In this document: positions 16,038 to 19,732 of the stretch, one piece after another | Position numbering within the stretch: the stretch's first letter is position 1 | Layout of the letters: each line of letters opens with the position of its first letter | From: Candidatus Micrarchaeia archaeon | GTDB lineage: Archaea > Micrarchaeota > Micrarchaeia > CABMEP01 | Length of the DNA stretch: 19,732 nucleotides | Reading direction: 5' to 3' | Assembly (NCBI GenBank): GCA_038886535.1 | Contig: JAVZXS010000010.1 | Location: forward strand, 1 to 19,732 | Position numbers and translations under genes: made by a program | The notes under the pieces: generated by a model | The model's database searches: none | The model's input: only the letters and a program-made list of their open reading frames with translations | Told to the model about the DNA's origin: nothing

Positions 16038-18970
16038 CTCTTTCCTTTGAGATAGGTTACTATTCTATTGATAAACTCGATTGTTCTAGCTGGATCATGG
16101 AAAGATTTCAAAAGTACTCCTATGAATTCTTTTTTTACTTCTCTTTCGTGTTGTTGGCTTGTTTGCCAGTAAGGGTATTTTTGTAAAATGGTTTTCATTT
16201 CTCTGGCTTTTTCCTCAGCATCGGTTATTTTCTCTTTGCCCAATAGCCAATAGAGAAAAAAAGATTCTCCATCCATACCTTTTTCTGCTTGTTCTTTCTT
16301 TGCCTGATTGATTTCTTCGATGATGTGTTTGAGTTCCTCTAACGTTTCTTCGGTGGTTTTTTGTCTTTCTTTGTAGAGTTGCATCAATTCTTCAACTCTT
16401 TCTCCAATCGAAATAAGAAGTGGAGTCATAGAACTTTGTTGCTCTGTGAGTGTGATAATACTCTTGGCTAAATTAAAAACCTTTTCTTGATCCGATATCT
16501 GAGATTGTTCAATCTTTTTAAGGGTGGTGTCATTGATTTCATAAATATCAAGGGCGTTTTTTATATTACTTTGGTGTACATTCTCTTGCAATAGGGCAAT
16601 GATTTTATCTGTTAGTTCTTTATCTACCTTTATAGAAGCATCATAAGCCTCTCTTATAATTTTGTATATCCTGGTGAGTTCATTAAATCTAGATAGATAT
16701 TGTCTTAAAAATTCATCTGGTGAAATAATATTATAAATATTTGCCAATTCTCTATAGTATTGATAGAATAACTTTCTTTTTTCCTCATCAAAGAAATATT
16801 CTAATATCCATTCTATTTTCTTATCTGGCGTAGTCTTGCTATTGAGAATAGTAAAAAATTCTTTCAAATCTTTAAATTCTTCACTATTCAAATCTATCAG
16901 GTCTTGAAAACGTGTTTTCAATTTTTCAATATCTTCTACTATTCCTTCTATATCAGTAGAGTCAAAAGCCAAGGCTTTTTGAAGATTACTAAATATTCCA
17001 ATAAAATCTACAATAAATCCTGCTGGCTTTTTTCTGCCCACTTTGTCTTCATAAGGTCGGTTCACGCGGGCTATGGTTTGTAAAAGGACATGGTCTCTCA
17101 TGGGTTTATCAAGATACATACAATAAAGAATGGGAGCATCAAAGCCAGTTAAAAGTTTATTGGTCACGATGAGTATTTTTGGCATTTTGTCAGGGTCAAT
17201 AAAGTCTTTCCTGATTCGTTTTTCTTCCTCTTCGGAAAGATAGTACTGGCTCATTGCTTCAGGATCGTTCTGTGATGAACTATACACTACTTTTGAATAC
17301 TCAGGGGGGAGATATTTGTCAAGTTCCTCTTTATAAATCGCACAGGCTTCACGATCTACAGCCACAACAAAGGCTTTGTAGCCAAGAGGTTCAACATAGT
17401 TTTTGTAGTGCTCTGCTATATACTTTGCTATTTTTTCTATTCTGTTTCTACTTTTGATGACATTTTTTAGATTCACTGATTTATCTAGGATTTTGTTTAA
17501 CTCTTCTACATCACTTATACCTTCAGCTTCTTTAAGGCTGAAGAATTCCTTTTCTAAGGTCTCTTTGTCTATAGTCAATTCATTAGGAGCTAAAGCATAA
17601 TGAAGTGGCACGGTAGTTCCTTCTTCTATAGACTCTGCAATGCTGTATTTGTCAAGGTATCCATTGGGAGGATCATCTTTACCAAAAATGAAAAATGTCC
17701 CTTTGCCGTAATTGGTTTTATCAATAGGTGTTCCGGTAAAGCCTATATAGGTAGCATTGGGGAGTGCCCCCATGAGGTAATTGCCAAGATCGCCAGAAGT
17801 TGTCCGGTGGGCTTCATCAATAAGCACAAAGATATTCTCACGGGTATTGATGTTTGCCTCCATCCCCTCGAATTTGTGAATCATTGAGACAATAAGCCCA
17901 CGCTTGTCCTGTCTTAAAAGCCTTTTGAGGTGTTCTTTACTCTGGGCTACTTCTGCATGCTCTATGCCAACAGATTGGATATTTCCAAAAAGCTGGCTTT
18001 CAAGCTCGTTTCTATCCACTAATAGGATAACAGTGGGGTTTTCAAAGAGAGGATTTTCCATGAGTTTTTTGGCCGTAACAATCATGGTGTATGTTTTGCC
18101 AGAACCCTGTGTATGCCAGATAAGGCCTCGTTTTTTTTGTTTGTCTTCAGCTCTCTGAATGATCTTTTCTACCGCTCGCATTTGATGGGGGCGAAGGATT
18201 ACTTTCTGTAGTTGATCATCTTTTCTGGTAAAAAGCACATAATCGGTGATAAGCTTCACTAATCTTTTTTTATCAAAAAAGGACTTGACTAATACTTCAA
18301 AGTCGCCTTTTGTTTCTTCTTTCCAGTTATAGAGATTTTTCTGGCTCACATTCCAGGTCGCTCCGTAGAGAAATTGGATAAGATGGGTGAGAACAAAAGC
18401 CTGCTGTGTGGCTAAAAGTTGGGGGCATTCGGAGTGGTAGCGTTTTACCTGTTCTAAAGCAATGTCCATCCCTTGAATTTTGTGGGGTGCCTTCGCTTCG
18501 ATGAAGACTACAGGGATACCATTGATGAAAAACACCACATCCTGACGAATAGTCTTCACACCATTGGTGAATTTAAACTCTTCGGTGACATGGAAATCGT
18601 TGTTATCAATATCGTTGGTATCAATCAGACAGATATCGCGGTTGCGTTTTTCTTTTTGAATATAAATACTTTCGAGACCTTTAAGAAATTGCCAGATTTT
18701 AAAATTACCTTCTATGTTGGAACTAACATTTTCAAGTTGTTTCCTTATTTCCTGTGCTTCTTCGTCGGACAAAAAAGTGTTGAGTTGCTTGATTTTTGGG
18801 ATAAATATTTTTTCTAAGATAATTTGAGTATTGCTGCTTCTATAGTTTTCTATTTCTTCTGGTTTGATATAGTTCCAACCAGGGTATTTAGTTGAGCCAT
18901 ATTTTACTTCTTGCTCGCAAACGTAGCTGATAATGGGTTTCTGGACGGTGTATTTTTCGGAGAAGATCAT
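16034..18970 (-). CDS. hsdR: Type I restriction-modification endonuclease subunit R
   Basis: Nuclease motif RQD...INGIPVVFIEAK, Walker A HTQGSGKT, DEAH box, GFTGTP, LLTGFDAP and LLQTIARVNR. Confidence 0.96.
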   Translation of the reverse strand: MIFSEKYTVQKPIISYVCEQEVKYGSTKYPGWNYIKPEEIENYRSSNTQIILEKIFIPKIKQLNTFLSDEEAQEIRKQLENVSSNIEGNFKIWQFLKGLESIYIQKEKRNRDICLIDTNDIDNNDFHVTEEFKFTNGVKTIRQDVVFFINGIPVVFIEAKAPHKIQGMDIALEQVKRYHSECPQLLATQQAFVLTHLIQFLYGATWNVSQKNLYNWKEETKGDFEVLVKSFFDKKRLVKLITDYVLFTRKDDQLQKVILRPHQMRAVEKIIQRAEDKQKKRGLIWHTQGSGKTYTMIVTAKKLMENPLFENPTVILLVDRNELESQLFGNIQSVGIEHAEVAQSKEHLKRLLRQDKRGLIVSMIHKFEGMEANINTRENIFVLIDEAHRTTSGDLGNYLMGALPNATYIGFTGTPIDKTNYGKGTFFIFGKDDPPNGYLDKYSIAESIEEGTTVPLHYALAPNELTIDKETLEKEFFSLKEAEGISDVEELNKILDKSVNLKNVIKSRNRIEKIAKYIAEHYKNYVEPLGYKAFVVAVDREACAIYKEELDKYLPPEYSKVVYSSSQNDPEAMSQYYLSEEEEKRIRKDFIDPDKMPKILIVTNKLLTGFDAPILYCMYLDKPMRDHVLLQTIARVNRPYEDKVGRKKPAGFIVDFIGIFSNLQKALAFDSTDIEGIVEDIEKLKTRFQDLIDLNSEEFKDLKEFFTILNSKTTPDKKIEWILEYFFDEEKRKLFYQYYRELANIYNIISPDEFLRQYLSRFNELTRIYKIIREAYDASIKVDKELTDKIIALLQENVHQSNIKNALDIYEINDTTLKKIEQSQISDQEKVFNLAKSIITLTEQQSSMTPLLISIGERVEELMQLYKERQKTTEETLEELKHIIEEINQAKKEQAEKGMDGESFFLYWLLGKEKITDAEEKAREMKTILQKYPYWQTSQQHEREVKKEFIGVLLKSFHDPARTIEFINRIVTYLKGKR

Positions 18971-18976
18971 AAATTA

Positions 18977-18980
18977 CTCC
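18977..18980 (-). promoter_or_regulatory. Shine-Dalgarno-like GGAG upstream of hsdR
   Basis: The minus strand reads TAA-T-GGAG-TAATTT-ATG. Confidence 0.5.
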
Positions 18981-18981
18981 A

Positions 18982-19731
18982 TTAATTTTCTATTACTTTA
19001 TTAATTAATTCTTTAATGATTTTGAACCATCCGCAAACTTCATCCCATGCATTCAAAGATTCTAAATCTTGTTTTGTAATTTTTTTCGAGATAGAATAAC
19101 ATAATTGAGATTTAACATCCTCTTCTTTTCTGTTCGGTAGTTTTTCTAATATTTTTTTTGTTATATCATCGTTATTCCAATCCTTTATATTATCTAAAGT
19201 TATTTTTAATCCCTGTTCAATTAACGTTTGGGGGATGTAATTTTCTATTTCTCTCTTTTGTGTTAAAACCCCCTTTGAACCATCTTTCCTCTTATTGACC
19301 TTTTCAACGCTCTCTCGATATTTCATATCTGCATCTCTATCATAAAGATGAAATTCAACAGCATTGGTATTTTTCATAGCATATCTATTAATCCAATCTT
19401 TTAAGTTACTCCCACCCATTGGTATTATTGCTAAAATACCAGAATCAATTTTTTCTTTTAAATTTACAATATTTTTTAATTCAGGTATATTTTCGTTTAT
19501 ATTCAATAAAAACTGCTCGTCATTTTTACCCTCCACACATATAATTACTTTGCCAATATTCGGAATCAATCCAAGATTTTTAATAACTTTGTCTAAAATA
19601 TTTTCAGACCATTTTTGAACCCTTACATCTCCATTTTCTTGTTCTGTGTATAATATGTCATCGGTTTCGAAAAGTCTTAATAGGGCAGGGCTGTGAGTTG
19701 TAATGAAAATCTGGTGAAAACCAGACCTTGC
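18982..19731 (-). CDS. OLD-family ATP-dependent endonuclease (ABC-ATPase + TOPRIM), 5'-truncated by the window edge
   Basis: The frame is open from the window end: ARSGFHQIFITTHSPALL (ABC-ATPase H-loop) continues into VIICVEGKNDEQFL (TOPRIM Glu), LYDRD (DxD) and REIENY. The TTG start at 19569 in the ORF track is internal. Confidence 0.88.
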   Translation of the reverse strand, partial: ARSGFHQIFITTHSPALLRLFETDDILYTEQENGDVRVQKWSENILDKVIKNLGLIPNIGKVIICVEGKNDEQFLLNINENIPELKNIVNLKEKIDSGILAIIPMGGSNLKDWINRYAMKNTNAVEFHLYDRDADMKYRESVEKVNKRKDGSKGVLTQKREIENYIPQTLIEQGLKITLDNIKDWNNDDITKKILEKLPNRKEEDVKSQLCYSISKKITKQDLESLNAWDEVCGWFKIIKELINKVIEN

Positions 19732-19732
19732 A

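Noticed and set aside
1351..19618. Short antisense or alternate-frame ORFs in the track (e.g. 1351-1563, 2762-3082, 3089-3535, 4190-4540, 6362-6754, 7718-7903, 8788-9117, 12438-12710, 17600-17887, 18473-18817, 19364-19618)
   Set aside because: All overlap well-supported genes and show no recognisable motifs; they are shadow ORFs.
18982..19732. Gabija system
   Set aside because: The gene downstream of the OLD-like nuclease is hsdR (DEAH, type I nuclease motif), not a UvrD-like GajB.

Overview
AT-rich bacterial chromosomal segment, most likely from the phylum Bacteroidota. This is inferred from repeated TAnnTTTG -7 promoter motifs just upstream of genes, a lack of Shine-Dalgarno sites at core genes, a long ~1100-aa SecA and several lipoproteins. 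From left to right: a GC-rich 43-bp tandem hairpin repeat cut by the window edge; ~640 bp of AT-rich non-coding DNA; a PerR/Fur-family regulator plus Prx6-type peroxiredoxin; tRNA-Pro(GGG); tryptophanase; ribosomal protein L31 (type B); two GH13 lipoproteins; a minus-strand trio (SAM methyltransferase, PhnP-like MBL hydrolase, TerB-like protein); mnmE; a circularly permuted GH114/TM1410-like lipoprotein; and secA. Converging directly on secA is the end of a defence locus: an OLD-family ABC-ATPase/TOPRIM nuclease (partial), type I RM HsdR and a minimal YgjP-like HEXXH protein. The strongest leads are the OLD nuclease placed directly before hsdR, the spacer-less hairpin repeat array and the permuted glycoside hydrolase. 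All calls come from reading motifs by eye; no searches were run.
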